DNA of 64,000 nt. Source: Parachlamydiales bacterium (GTDB lineage: Bacteria; Chlamydiota; Chlamydiia; Chlamydiales; SM23-39). Both the position numbers and the translations under genes were made by a program. This document shows positions 10,826 to 21,428 of this stretch, piece after piece. The DNA is taken from the NCBI GenBank assembly GCA_050302075.1, contig JBNLAH010000001.1, positions 12,136 to 76,135 of the forward strand, given 5' to 3'. A model generated the notes under the pieces. It worked only from the letters and a program-made list of their open reading frames with translations, ran no database searches and had not been told where the DNA came from. Within the stretch, counting starts at the first letter, position 1, and every line of letters starts with the position of its first letter.

Positions 10826-11905
10826 ATGGCAGTAGGAGCTATTCAACCAAATTCAAATAATTCTTTTTTAGTGTTTTCAGATGCTTTTAAAGGGTACAGT
10901 TTTGACTGGATTAAGTCTTGCTTTCCAGCTTGGCCCAAATCTAAGTTTTCTTCATTGGGGAATTTGGATAGAAGGATAACTGAAGCTCCAGAAAATGCGA
11001 ATAGAATCTCAAAAGTTTTCCATGCTGTAACGAGGGTTATCGCTTGGGGGTCTTTTGCGGCTCAATTTGGATTATCAAACACAAGTGTAGTAGATCTAGA
11101 GAAGCATACTTCTTTAAATACAGGTTTTAATTACGGCTTTATTGGTTTCCCCCTATGTAGTGCAATGGGAGCTATGCAAAGCTTTAATAAGCTCAGCTTT
11201 TTTACAAGTGTAAAAGACAAGGAAAGCTTTGATTATCATGTTTCGAATGTCGTACTGGAAATTTTTGCCATTTTAGCTGGTATCTTTTATGTCTTGACAA
11301 AGTTTGCAGTTGATGCAGCTGTAGCTTATGGAACCTCTATTTTAATGCTTCCTTTTTATGGAATTAGTTATCTAATTGATTTGGGAAGGACCTCAACTCA
11401 AACACAGATGTGTAGAAATTTCAAAAAAGACCTAAAGCAAATAATTAAAAATAAAGATGATTTAAATGATGCTAAGAAGTTGAGAGAAACTCTTGAGTTT
11501 TTGCTTGAGAAAATACAGGTAACTGAAGAAGAGAAGAAACTTATTAATAGTGAAGCTGATTTGAACAAAGAGTTAATTAAAAACTCAGAGCTGAGAAGAA
11601 AGTGGATAGACAATAAAACAGATGATTTGGTTCTTTCTAAATATATAAAACTGGAAAGAAGAATTGGGGTAAAAGCAGCAAAATCTTTTAGAAAAAATGT
11701 AAAAAAGGCGTTGAGTGATTTAAATCAGTTTTTCCCAAATAAAGATTTAGCAAGAGAGCTTGTTAAGACAGTTCACAATGAACTATACATTAAAATTAGA
11801 AATAACATAATCATGATTATTTGTAAGATAGCAATAGTTATTGGTGTTACAATAGCAACAATTTCCAGCGGTGGCGGACTTGCTCCAATATTTAAAATTT
11901 TATAA
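10826..11905 (+). CDS. hypothetical membrane plus coiled-coil protein (candidate inclusion-membrane/Inc-like protein)
   Basis: Paired hydrophobic stretch VVLEIFAILAGIFYVLTKFAVDAAVAYGTSILMLPFYGISYLIDL, then a K/E/L-rich coiled-coil region, then a C-terminal TM (IIMIICKIAIVIGVTIATISSGGG). Preceded by a 271-bp very AT-rich intergenic region. No conserved family motif recognised. Confidence 0.4.
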   Translation: MAVGAIQPNSNNSFLVFSDAFKGYSFDWIKSCFPAWPKSKFSSLGNLDRRITEAPENANRISKVFHAVTRVIAWGSFAAQFGLSNTSVVDLEKHTSLNTGFNYGFIGFPLCSAMGAMQSFNKLSFFTSVKDKESFDYHVSNVVLEIFAILAGIFYVLTKFAVDAAVAYGTSILMLPFYGISYLIDLGRTSTQTQMCRNFKKDLKQIIKNKDDLNDAKKLRETLEFLLEKIQVTEEEKKLINSEADLNKELIKNSELRRKWIDNKTDDLVLSKYIKLERRIGVKAAKSFRKNVKKALSDLNQFFPNKDLARELVKTVHNELYIKIRNNIIMIICKIAIVIGVTIATISSGGGLAPIFKIL

Positions 11906-14900
11906 ATTTCCCACTTTAGTTTGAAAATTATTTTTTAGTATCTGGATAAGTTCTTCTTCGAGCTTTTGGGGGTTCTCTATATTCCTGCTATGAGGTATTT
12001 GTTTTTCAATACTCTTTTTTTCTAACTGTTGCTTTACTTGTAGAGTGAATTTGCCAAATTTAATAGATAAAAATTGATTGCTAGATGCAAAAAGCCTGAT
12101 CTTTGACAGGTGATATAGCCATTTGACTTCTGTTGGACATTTTCCAAACCTATCTTCAATTTCTTTAATCAAGTTATCAAGTTCTAGAAAGTTAATAGCA
12201 TCCCCAAATCTATGATATAACTCCATGCGAATCGAGGCCTGTTTAATATAACTTTCAGGGATGTTGGCTGGAAATGGAAATTCCATTTTTGTTTCTATAA
12301 AAGTTACTGGTTTTTTTTCTTTTAAAGCTGTAACTGTTTTCTTTAAAAGCTTGCAGTAAAGATGGAATCCAATAGCAGAAACTTGGCCTGATTGTTTTAC
12401 TCCCAAAATATCTCCAGCGCCTCTAATCTGTAAATCTCGCATAGCAATTTTCATTCCTCCACCATACCCACCAGCTTCTACCAAAGCATTTAGTCGCTTC
12501 TTTGCAATCTCTGAGATACTTTTGTTTTTTGGGACCAAGAAATATGCGAAGGCAGATTTATTCCACCTACCAACTCTTCCCTTTAACTGATAGAGATCAG
12601 CAAGACCGTACGCATCTGAGCGATCAACAATAATTGTATTTGCATTTGGGATATCGATACCACTTTCTATAATTGTAGTAGCTATCAAAATTTGAGCTTG
12701 CCCAAGTTTAAAACTATGAAAGGCCTGGTCAATCTCATCACTTGTCATTTGACCATGCACTACAGCAACTTTTGCGCCAGGCAAAAGCTTTTTGATTTTT
12801 TCAGCTTGTAGGTAAATAGAGCCTACTCGATTATGAATAAAAAATGCTTGACCTCCTCTTGCAACCTCCCTAAGTAAGGCATTTTTTATGATTTCATCAT
12901 CTCTTTCTGCAACAATTACTTTAATTGGGAGTCGGTCTTGTGGAGGGGTGTTGATTACTGACATGTCACGAATATTGATAAGAGACATATAGAGCGTTCT
13001 AGGAATAGGAGTTGCAGATAATGTCAAACAGTCAACTCCCTTTTTTAGCTTTTTTAAATGTTCTTTTGCCCTTACTCCAAATCTTTGTTCTTCATCTATG
13101 ATGATAAGGCCTAAGTTATTAAAAGAAACATCTTTTGAAAGTATTCGATGTGTGCCAATCAAAATATCGACTTTATTTTCTTTAACTTTTTGTAAAATGT
13201 CCTTGACTTGCTTTGCGGTTTGGAACCTGGAAATAATTTCAATATTAACTGGGTAGTATCCAAAACGCTCCTTGAAATTATCAAAGTGCTGGGAGGCCAA
13301 AACAGTTGTTGGGACTAAAATTGCAACTTGTTTCTCTCCATCAATAACTGATTTAAAAGCAGCTCTCATAGCAACTTCTGTTTTTCCATAGCCTACATCT
13401 CCACAAAGTAGCCTATCCATAGCCTTTTCAGACATCATGTCTGATTTGATCTCCCTGATTGCAATAAGTTGGTCAGGAGTTTCTATATATGGGAAATCTT
13501 CTTCAAACTGGATAAGCGTTTTTGAGTCAGGGCAAAAAACATATCCACCTTCAATTTCTCGCTCTGCATATGTTTCTAATAAATCAGATGCGTAACCTAG
13601 AATTTGCTTTTGAGCATTTAATTTGGTTGTTTGCCATTTTTTTGATCCAAGGTTGCTGAGTGTTGGGGAGCTTTCATCAGAACCTATGTATCTATTAACT
13701 AAGTGTGATTGGTTTAAGGGAACGTAAAGCTTACTATTTTCAGCGAACTCAATTACCATGAACTCTTTTACTGTTCCATCATGAATTTTTTGTTTTTCTA
13801 CTCCTAAGTACTTTCCAATTCCACTATGAAAATGGACGACTAAATCATTAGGCTTTAACTCATGGAATTCACTTGCTATAGAGTGGTAAGTATTTCGCCA
13901 TTTCTGCCTTCTGATTCTCTTCTGGTTGGTAAAATCTGCGTATGAAATTATTGCTGTAGAAATATCAGCAACAACAAAACCTTCACTTAAATATCCATTT
14001 ATAAAATTATAGCTGAAGCTTGGATCTTTAAGTTTTTCTTTAATGATGGTTTTTTCTCTTTCATTAACAACTAGGAAATCAACATGAAGTTTTTCTTCTG
14101 GATGCTCTGTTAAAATCGAATATAGGTCCTCTTTTTTGCTAAAGATAAAAAAATCTGCCAGCGTTAATAGCGGCAAGACTGTCTTTTTTGCTAAAAATTG
14201 ATGATCAAAAATCTCAAAGCTTATTTTATTAGAGGTCTTATCTAAAGCAACTGTTTTGCTGAGCTCTTCGATTGGAGTTGTAGATAAAAATAATGTGCTA
14301 TTTGGGGAACTTTTTTCAATGAGCTCATGAAAAGAAAAACTGGCATTTTTTCCTTTTTTTATTTCTTTGAATTGAACGTAAGCATCTTCTATTTTTAGCA
14401 AATCTTCATATACAATAAATGTATCAGAGCTTAAATAATCTAAAATGCTTGCGTGTGATTTTGCCTCTTTTAATATTTTATTTTCATTTGCGGGAGTTAA
14501 TAAGAAACTATCTTTTTTCTCGATTGACTTTTGTCCAATAGGGTCAAAAGTCCGGATGCTTTCAATAGTGTCTCCAAAAAATTCAACGCGATATGGATCA
14601 GGTAAGTGAGCTGGGAAAATATCAATAATCCCACCCCTGACAGCGAACTGTCCCTTATCAGAAACAATTGACTCAGGGGTATAGCCCAAATCAACAAAAG
14701 TTTTTTCAAGTGAATTAAAATCAACTTCCTGTCCTACCTTATACTGTATAAAAAGTCTTTCGAGATTGTTTATAGGGGGGACTCTTTGGATTAATGATGC
14801 ATATGGACATAAAATTATGTGAGGCTCATCTTTTAGGGCTATCTTTCTAAGTGTCTCGAAGCGCTTTCCAATAATATCATGACTTGGGAGTATGTCTTCT

Positions 14901-15142
14901 TCAGGTAATGTCTCCCAGGAGGGAAGCTCTAAAATCTTTCCTTTGAAAAATGAATTTAACGATAAAAAAAGCTTATCATTCTCATTTTGAGCACAAATTA
15001 CTAGGATATCTTTATTTATTTTAGAAAAAACCTTAGAAATGATAAATGACTTCATCGAAATTGTTAGAGAATCGATGAGGTGGTTTTTATCATTTGAGAT
15101 ATCATTTAAGAATTTTTCGACTTTTGAGTTTTGTAAACTCAC
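11900..15142 (-). CDS. mfd: transcription-repair coupling factor
   Basis: Superfamily 2 helicase motifs GDVGYGKTEVAMRAA, IIDEEQRFG and TATPIPRTL, plus a UvrB-homology N-terminus. Length is 1080 aa. Confidence 0.95.
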   Translation of the reverse strand: MSLQNSKVEKFLNDISNDKNHLIDSLTISMKSFIISKVFSKINKDILVICAQNENDKLFLSLNSFFKGKILELPSWETLPEEDILPSHDIIGKRFETLRKIALKDEPHIILCPYASLIQRVPPINNLERLFIQYKVGQEVDFNSLEKTFVDLGYTPESIVSDKGQFAVRGGIIDIFPAHLPDPYRVEFFGDTIESIRTFDPIGQKSIEKKDSFLLTPANENKILKEAKSHASILDYLSSDTFIVYEDLLKIEDAYVQFKEIKKGKNASFSFHELIEKSSPNSTLFLSTTPIEELSKTVALDKTSNKISFEIFDHQFLAKKTVLPLLTLADFFIFSKKEDLYSILTEHPEEKLHVDFLVVNEREKTIIKEKLKDPSFSYNFINGYLSEGFVVADISTAIISYADFTNQKRIRRQKWRNTYHSIASEFHELKPNDLVVHFHSGIGKYLGVEKQKIHDGTVKEFMVIEFAENSKLYVPLNQSHLVNRYIGSDESSPTLSNLGSKKWQTTKLNAQKQILGYASDLLETYAEREIEGGYVFCPDSKTLIQFEEDFPYIETPDQLIAIREIKSDMMSEKAMDRLLCGDVGYGKTEVAMRAAFKSVIDGEKQVAILVPTTVLASQHFDNFKERFGYYPVNIEIISRFQTAKQVKDILQKVKENKVDILIGTHRILSKDVSFNNLGLIIIDEEQRFGVRAKEHLKKLKKGVDCLTLSATPIPRTLYMSLINIRDMSVINTPPQDRLPIKVIVAERDDEIIKNALLREVARGGQAFFIHNRVGSIYLQAEKIKKLLPGAKVAVVHGQMTSDEIDQAFHSFKLGQAQILIATTIIESGIDIPNANTIIVDRSDAYGLADLYQLKGRVGRWNKSAFAYFLVPKNKSISEIAKKRLNALVEAGGYGGGMKIAMRDLQIRGAGDILGVKQSGQVSAIGFHLYCKLLKKTVTALKEKKPVTFIETKMEFPFPANIPESYIKQASIRMELYHRFGDAINFLELDNLIKEIEDRFGKCPTEVKWLYHLSKIRLFASSNQFLSIKFGKFTLQVKQQLEKKSIEKQIPHSRNIENPQKLEEELIQILKNNFQTKVGNL

Positions 15143-17754
15143 TGTTCCTCTAGAAGTTGTTTGATCATAGAAAATGCTTGAGGGATTTGACTAGGGTCTT
15201 TTCCTCCAGCCTGTGCTTGGTTTTTCTTCCCGCCGCCACCGCCTTGGATAATTGGCGATATTTTTTTTATAAAGTCATTAGCGAAAATATTTTTTTCGAC
15301 AAAGTCATCACTTACTTTTATTAAAAACTGGCATCGATCTTGTACTTTTAGCGCAATTGCCAAAACGCCAGATTTAAGCTCTCCCATAATTTCATTAGCA
15401 AACACCTGTAACTGCTCTGAGTCAAGCGATGTTTCAACGGCAATAAATGGAATGCCTTTTACCTTTTCTACTTGTTTAAGGGCATTTACTACCTGGCGTT
15501 TGATATCAAGCTCTTTGAAGTGTTTATTTTCTTTTGTGAGACTTTGGTTGCTTTCTAACAAACTGTCAACTCGAGCAATTATTTTTGACTCATCTGTTTT
15601 TAGCGTTGTAGCAATTGAATCGATAAAATCTTGTTTTTCATAAACAAATTGCTCAGCATAAAATCCTGTTACAGCTTCAATCCTTCTTACTCCAGCAGCT
15701 ATTCCCATTTCTTTAGTGATCTTAAAAAGCCCAATTTCTCCTAAAAAATTGACATGAGTCCCACCGCAAAGTTCTTTTGAAAAGTCTATATCAATAACTC
15801 TTACTGTGTCGGAATATTTTTCTCCAAAAATTTGCGTGATGTCCGGTCTACTTTGAGCTTCCGTGTATGGAATTTCATAAATATTAACTTTTTGATTTAA
15901 GCGTATTTTTTTATTAACAAGGAGCTCTATCTCTTTTATCTCTTTTTTAGTTAAAGGAGCATGATGGTTAAAGTCGAACCTCAAACGTAGATCTTCTACT
16001 AATGAGCCTGCTTGGGTAATGTGTTCTCCCAATACCTGCTTGAGAGCAAACTGCAATAGGTGGGTTGCCGTGTGGTTTTTTGCTGTGTCGTTTCTTCTTG
16101 TAGTGTCAATATAGGCCCTACATTTTGAGTTTGATGTGATTTCACCTTTTTCTAAAAACCCAGAGTGGATAATTATCCCAGGATAAGGGCTTATGCAGTT
16201 TGTAACCTGAAATGTAAAGTCTTCTCCACTGATTTCACCTTTGTCAGTTACTTGTCCTCCCATCTCTGCGTAAAAGGGGGTTTGATCTAAGATTAATGAG
16301 GCCTTCTGTCCTTCTTGCAGTTTTTCGACAACTTGATCATTTGTGATGATTTTTAAGATGTTTGCGCTACAATCAGTTTCTTCATAGCCGACAAACTTTG
16401 TATTTACTAACTTATTTGAAAGGTCTTTAAAAATTGAATGCTCATAATGTTCACTTTTTGACTTTTGAGACTTCCTTGACAGTTCTTTAGCTTTTTGCTC
16501 CAGTTCCTCGTATGTTTTTAAATCAACGCTCTTTTGATTGTCCTTTGCAATTAATAATATCTCTTCTATTGGAAACCCATAAGTATCTTTCAATAAAAAG
16601 GCGTCATCTCCAGAAATTGTTTTATCAGCTTTTTCTATGATTTTTTGAAAAATATTTCCACCGCGCTCCAGCGTTCTTAAAAAAGAAATCTCTTCTGTCT
16701 CTATCACATCTTGAATTCTAGTTTCAGAAACTGCCAGCTCACTAAAATTATCTCCCATTATCTCAACTAAAGTAGGAACTAGTGATGCTAAGAAAGGTTT
16801 TTTTAATCCAAGGGTCTTTCCATATCGAACAGCCCTTCGTAAAATTTTTCGAAGGACATATCCTCTTTCAATATTAGAAGGGATCACTCCGTCTGCTATT
16901 GCAAAAGATAGTGAGCGCAAGTGATCTGCAATTACATGAAAGGCAGGAGTATGTATATCATTTTCATTATATTTGATCTTTGTGAGACTTTCAGTTTTTT
17001 TTATGATGGCTTGAAGGATATCAGTTTGGAAGACGTTGTCACACCCAAGTTTTAATGTTAGGACTCTTTCGAGGCCAGCCCCTGTGTCGATGCTTTTTTT
17101 TGGTAATGGTTCAAGTGTGCCATCTTCTTTTTGGTCAAGTTCCATAAAGACAAGATTCCAAAACTCTAAGTACCTTTCACCATCTTTATCATCTAGTGGC
17201 GATGGAGCATCTGAATATTTAGGTCCTTTATCGTATAAAAGCTCTGAGCATGGTCCACATGGACCAGTCTTTCCCATTGACCAGAAATTGTCTTTGGTTC
17301 CCATCCTAACAATTCTACTTTCGGGTAGGTGAGCTTTCCAGAGTTCAAATGCCTCGTCGTCATCTTCAAATACAGTTGCCCATAAAAACTTCGGATCAAA
17401 CTCAAATACATTAGTAGTGACTTCAAATGCATACTTAATCGCTTCTTTTTTGAAATAGTCTCCAAAGGAAAAGTTGCCAAGCATTTCGAAAAAAGTAAGA
17501 TGCCTCTTGGTATGGCCTACATTTTCTAAGTCATTATGTTTACCACCTACTCGAATGCACTTTTGTGTAGTTGTAGCTCTCTTATAGCTTCTTTCTCCCT
17601 TTCCTAGAAAAACATCTTTAAATTGATTCATACCAGCATTAACAAATAATAACGTGGCATCATCAATTGGGCAAACTGAAGAAGATGGAACTACTCGATG
17701 GCCATTTTTCTCAAAGTATTTTAAAAATTTGTTTCTTATAGTCGTTGATAACAT
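15139..17754 (-). CDS. alaS: alanine--tRNA ligase
   Basis: Class II core FFEMLGNFSFGDYFK and editing-domain zinc motifs HTATHLL and CGGTHV. The track starts at GTG 17766; ATG 17754 (MLSTTIRNKF) has a GGTGAGG Shine-Dalgarno sequence 6 nt upstream and is preferred. Confidence 0.95.
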   Translation of the reverse strand: MLSTTIRNKFLKYFEKNGHRVVPSSSVCPIDDATLLFVNAGMNQFKDVFLGKGERSYKRATTTQKCIRVGGKHNDLENVGHTKRHLTFFEMLGNFSFGDYFKKEAIKYAFEVTTNVFEFDPKFLWATVFEDDDEAFELWKAHLPESRIVRMGTKDNFWSMGKTGPCGPCSELLYDKGPKYSDAPSPLDDKDGERYLEFWNLVFMELDQKEDGTLEPLPKKSIDTGAGLERVLTLKLGCDNVFQTDILQAIIKKTESLTKIKYNENDIHTPAFHVIADHLRSLSFAIADGVIPSNIERGYVLRKILRRAVRYGKTLGLKKPFLASLVPTLVEIMGDNFSELAVSETRIQDVIETEEISFLRTLERGGNIFQKIIEKADKTISGDDAFLLKDTYGFPIEEILLIAKDNQKSVDLKTYEELEQKAKELSRKSQKSKSEHYEHSIFKDLSNKLVNTKFVGYEETDCSANILKIITNDQVVEKLQEGQKASLILDQTPFYAEMGGQVTDKGEISGEDFTFQVTNCISPYPGIIIHSGFLEKGEITSNSKCRAYIDTTRRNDTAKNHTATHLLQFALKQVLGEHITQAGSLVEDLRLRFDFNHHAPLTKKEIKEIELLVNKKIRLNQKVNIYEIPYTEAQSRPDITQIFGEKYSDTVRVIDIDFSKELCGGTHVNFLGEIGLFKITKEMGIAAGVRRIEAVTGFYAEQFVYEKQDFIDSIATTLKTDESKIIARVDSLLESNQSLTKENKHFKELDIKRQVVNALKQVEKVKGIPFIAVETSLDSEQLQVFANEIMGELKSGVLAIALKVQDRCQFLIKVSDDFVEKNIFANDFIKKISPIIQGGGGGKKNQAQAGGKDPSQIPQAFSMIKQLLEEQ

Positions 17755-18275
17755 ATGACACCTCACCAGCCAAATAGGTTAATCTACTCCAACTGCCTTG
17801 TCAAATATTTTCATCACCAAATTAGTGGTTATTTTTTAGATCAAATTCTTAGAAATTCTAGAAAAAAATTGGGAGTACTAAATCAGAGATCGTGCAATAT
17901 TTATTGAAACTATCTTCAGCTGCAAGAATTCCAGTCTTGAAAAAAGTTTTCTTCAGTTTTTGGCCACTGTCCTTCTAAAAAATCTCGGAAAGGTACAGGA
18001 ATAAACCCTTCATTGTTTTAATTTAGATTTAGGATTGTTTCCAGGATATCATTAGAAATTGTAAGTGGTTTAAATAGCTGATCTTAAAAGAAATACACAT
18101 GCTAGTAGTATGGTTTTAGAAAAACAAACAAAGGCATTCAAGATGTTGCTTTTTAATTTAATATTATTTTTTAAGTCTTATGCAAAAAAAATCTTATGAG
18201 ATATAAAAAATGTCGCAGATTAAAAAACAAAAAAACTCAGATCAGGGTTTTTATCAAGTATCTTGAACTTTGATA

Positions 18276-19241
18276 TTAAAGATAGAGGTGTTCAGACTCA
18301 AGGCTATCCTCGAGAAAAAGATAATCAATTATTATTTTGTTTCTAGCATTCTTTTCACAGGAAGTTTGATCAATACTTTTTAGTTCTTTATATTGAGCTA
18401 CAAAAACCTCATCGATTTTGTCGCATCTGCTGTCAAAACACTCATTAGGCGTCTCAGATTGCAAAATATCTTTGAACTCAGGCTTATCCTCTAGATTGCG
18501 ATATGCAAAACTCAAATATTTATCAGCATCTTCATTGTTTCCTAGTTTATTATGTATTTTAGCTATTTCCATGTAAAATTTTGATCTTATAACATCATCA
18601 TCACTGATAAATGATTCTATGCTTTTAAGCGTTTCTAAACATTTTTGTATATTTTCAGCATCATTCATTTTTACGTAGATTTTTATAATAGCTAAATAAA
18701 CTTTAGCCCAAATTATTAATTCAAAATGTTGGTTATCAATTATGGCTTTCATTTTCTGTAAAGCTTCTTTAGCTTCTTCATGTTTCCCCACTTTAAAAAA
18801 AAAGATGGCTTGTCTTTTTAGTACTTCTAACTCGGGCAACTCTTCAGGGTAGTTAAAAAAAAATCTCTTAAAGTGCAGCTGAAGTCTCTTTTCAAATTGT
18901 TTTATTTCTTCAGAACAATATTCATCTAGCAGGTCATTATATGCTGTAATCTGCCTTTCTAGAGTTAAAGCATATGGATATTCTTTAAAATTCTTTGAAA
19001 TTTTATGGATATTAAGAAGTAAACTGGATGATAATTTTTTATCAGATAAGGGATTATTTGTTGCAATATAAGATGCTGCTAAAAGAATGTTAACTCCGGT
19101 ATATGAATCTTCAAAAGAGCAAATTAAGTCAATAATTTTTAAAGGAACTTCATATGAGAATAATAAGATAGAGCTATCATGCAAGTTTGGTATAGTATAA
19201 TTACATTGATTTGAGGAAGAGATCATAGCAGAGCTTGTCAT
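18276..19241 (-). CDS. hypothetical protein with TPR-like helical repeats
   Basis: All-alpha repeats such as FFFKVGKHEEAKEALQKMKAII, AKVYLAIIKIYVKMNDAENIQKCLETL and YMEIAKIHNKLGNNEDADKYLSFAY. No catalytic motif. Flanked by long non-coding stretches. Confidence 0.45.
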   Translation of the reverse strand: MTSSAMISSSNQCNYTIPNLHDSSILLFSYEVPLKIIDLICSFEDSYTGVNILLAASYIATNNPLSDKKLSSSLLLNIHKISKNFKEYPYALTLERQITAYNDLLDEYCSEEIKQFEKRLQLHFKRFFFNYPEELPELEVLKRQAIFFFKVGKHEEAKEALQKMKAIIDNQHFELIIWAKVYLAIIKIYVKMNDAENIQKCLETLKSIESFISDDDVIRSKFYMEIAKIHNKLGNNEDADKYLSFAYRNLEDKPEFKDILQSETPNECFDSRCDKIDEVFVAQYKELKSIDQTSCEKNARNKIIIDYLFLEDSLESEHLYL

Positions 19242-19436
19242 ATATGCCTCATTAATTTTTTATTAAAACAGGGCAGCTTAGAGCAAATAGAATTTTCTGA
19301 AATCAAAAATTTTATTTTTTTTATTAAAACTTAAAAAATATTCTTAAGTCCTTCAAGCTGGAAACTCGGAATTCACTTGAATGATTTTTTAATAAACGAT
19401 AATTTGTTCATTTAGTTCATTGGAGTTTGAAAAAAA

Positions 19437-21428
19437 ATGGATGATTCCCAAAAAAAGAATTTAGAAAAAATTGCAAACACGATTCGAATTTTATCAATGG
19501 ACGCCGTCCAAAAGGCTAATTCAGGACACCCAGGGCTTCCTTTGGGCTGCGCAGAAATAGGCGCATACTTGTATGGCCATGGACTAAGGCACAACCCTAA
19601 AAATTCTCATTGGGCCAATCGCGACCGATTAGTGCTTTCTGCTGGGCATGGGTCAATGTGGCTTTATTCCTGCCTTCATCTGGCCGGATTTAATTTGTCA
19701 TTAGAAGATATTAAGAACTTTAGACAATTGCATTCAAAAACTCCAGGACATCCGGAGCATGGAGAGACAGATGGGGTTGAAGTTACTAGCGGTCCACTAG
19801 GACAAGGACTAGCAAATGCAGTAGGTCTTGCACTAGGGCATAAAATTTTAGCTAAAAAATTCAATACTGATGAATTTACTATCTTTGACAATAAAATTTT
19901 CTGCCTTGCAAGTGATGGTGATATTATGGAAGGGGTTGCTTCTGAGGCATCTTCTTTAGCTGGACATTGGAAGCTTAACAACTTAATTGTATTCTATGAT
20001 TGTAATAATATTTGCTTAGATGGTCCAACTTTCGAGTGTTTGACCGAAGATACAAAGGCAAGATATCGTGCATACGGATTTGATGTATACGAAATCGATG
20101 CATATGATTTTGAAGCCATCGATAAATTAATGATCTCAATTAGAGACAAGCAAGATAGCCCTGTTTTTATTTTAGCTCATACTATTATAGGCAAGGGGGC
20201 TCCTACTAAAGCTGATACACACAAGGCACATGGTTCTCCTTTAGGTGAAGATGAAATCAAAGCTACTAAAGAAGCTCTTGGGTTACCTCAGGAAGAGTTT
20301 TATATCCCACAGCAGGTGATCGATTATTTCAGTCAAAAATTACAAAAAGACAAAGAAGTTGAAGAAAAATGGGCTGATACTTTTAGACAGTGGTCAAAAG
20401 CAAATCCTGAGCTTTTCAAAGAATATCAAAATATGAATGTTCAGAATATGCCTGCAGACTTGGAGTCAGCTTTATCTGAGCTTACTATAAAAACTCCAAT
20501 AGCAACAAGGGATTCTTCCAATGCAGTTTTAAATCTTTTAGCCGACAAGCTCCCAGGACTTTATGGAGGATCTGCTGATTTATCTTCATCAGATAAGACC
20601 ATGATGAAAAACTATGGAGTTATTGAACCTGGAAAATTTGCAGGAAGGAATATCAAGTTTGGAGTAAGAGAATTCGGAATGGGTGCCATAATGAATGGCA
20701 TGTCTCGTATCAATCTTATAAGGCCATATTGTGGGACCTTCTTAACATTTTCTGATTATATGCGTAACTCTATTCGTTTAGCTGCACTTTCTAGATACAC
20801 TACTATTTATCAATTTACTCATGATTCTATTTTTTTAGGAGAAGATGGCCCAACCCATCAGCCGATTGAACATTTAGCGTCGCTTAGAGCTATGCCAAAT
20901 TTACATGTATTTAGACCTGCTGACAACAATGAAGTTAAAATGTCTTGGCTTGCTGCTTTAAAATACAAAGGCCCTAGTGCAATTATCTTATCAAGGCAAA
21001 AGCTACCTGAATTAGAAGAGACAAAGAAATCTTTAAAAGATGGGGTAGAAAGAGGGGCTTATATCGTTAAAAAAGAAAATAAAAAGCCAGATTTTACCTT
21101 GATGGCTACAGGATCTGAGCTATCACTTGCGCTAGATGTAGCAGATAGCTTGGAAAAGCTTGGGAAAGATGTAAGAGTAATTTCTTTTGTTTGTTGGGAA
21201 CTTTTTGAAGCTCAAGAAAAAAGCTATAAAGAGAGCCTTCTTAAAGGCGACTTGGGTAAAAGGGTTTGTATAGAAGCTGGAGTTGACTTGGGTTGGCATA
21301 AATATATCGGGTCAGATGGAGTAGCTATTTGTATGGAAACCTTTGGATTGTCTGCGCCAGCGTCTGATTTAGCCAAGGAATTTGGGTTTACAGTAGATGA
21401 AATTGTACAAAGGTTAATTTCTTCTTGA
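19437..21428 (+). CDS. tkt: transketolase
   Basis: ThDP motifs NSGHPGLPLGCAEIG and ASDGDIMEGV, plus EDGPTHQPIEHLA. Confidence 0.95.
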   Translation: MDDSQKKNLEKIANTIRILSMDAVQKANSGHPGLPLGCAEIGAYLYGHGLRHNPKNSHWANRDRLVLSAGHGSMWLYSCLHLAGFNLSLEDIKNFRQLHSKTPGHPEHGETDGVEVTSGPLGQGLANAVGLALGHKILAKKFNTDEFTIFDNKIFCLASDGDIMEGVASEASSLAGHWKLNNLIVFYDCNNICLDGPTFECLTEDTKARYRAYGFDVYEIDAYDFEAIDKLMISIRDKQDSPVFILAHTIIGKGAPTKADTHKAHGSPLGEDEIKATKEALGLPQEEFYIPQQVIDYFSQKLQKDKEVEEKWADTFRQWSKANPELFKEYQNMNVQNMPADLESALSELTIKTPIATRDSSNAVLNLLADKLPGLYGGSADLSSSDKTMMKNYGVIEPGKFAGRNIKFGVREFGMGAIMNGMSRINLIRPYCGTFLTFSDYMRNSIRLAALSRYTTIYQFTHDSIFLGEDGPTHQPIEHLASLRAMPNLHVFRPADNNEVKMSWLAALKYKGPSAIILSRQKLPELEETKKSLKDGVERGAYIVKKENKKPDFTLMATGSELSLALDVADSLEKLGKDVRVISFVCWELFEAQEKSYKESLLKGDLGKRVCIEAGVDLGWHKYIGSDGVAICMETFGLSAPASDLAKEFGFTVDEIVQRLISS

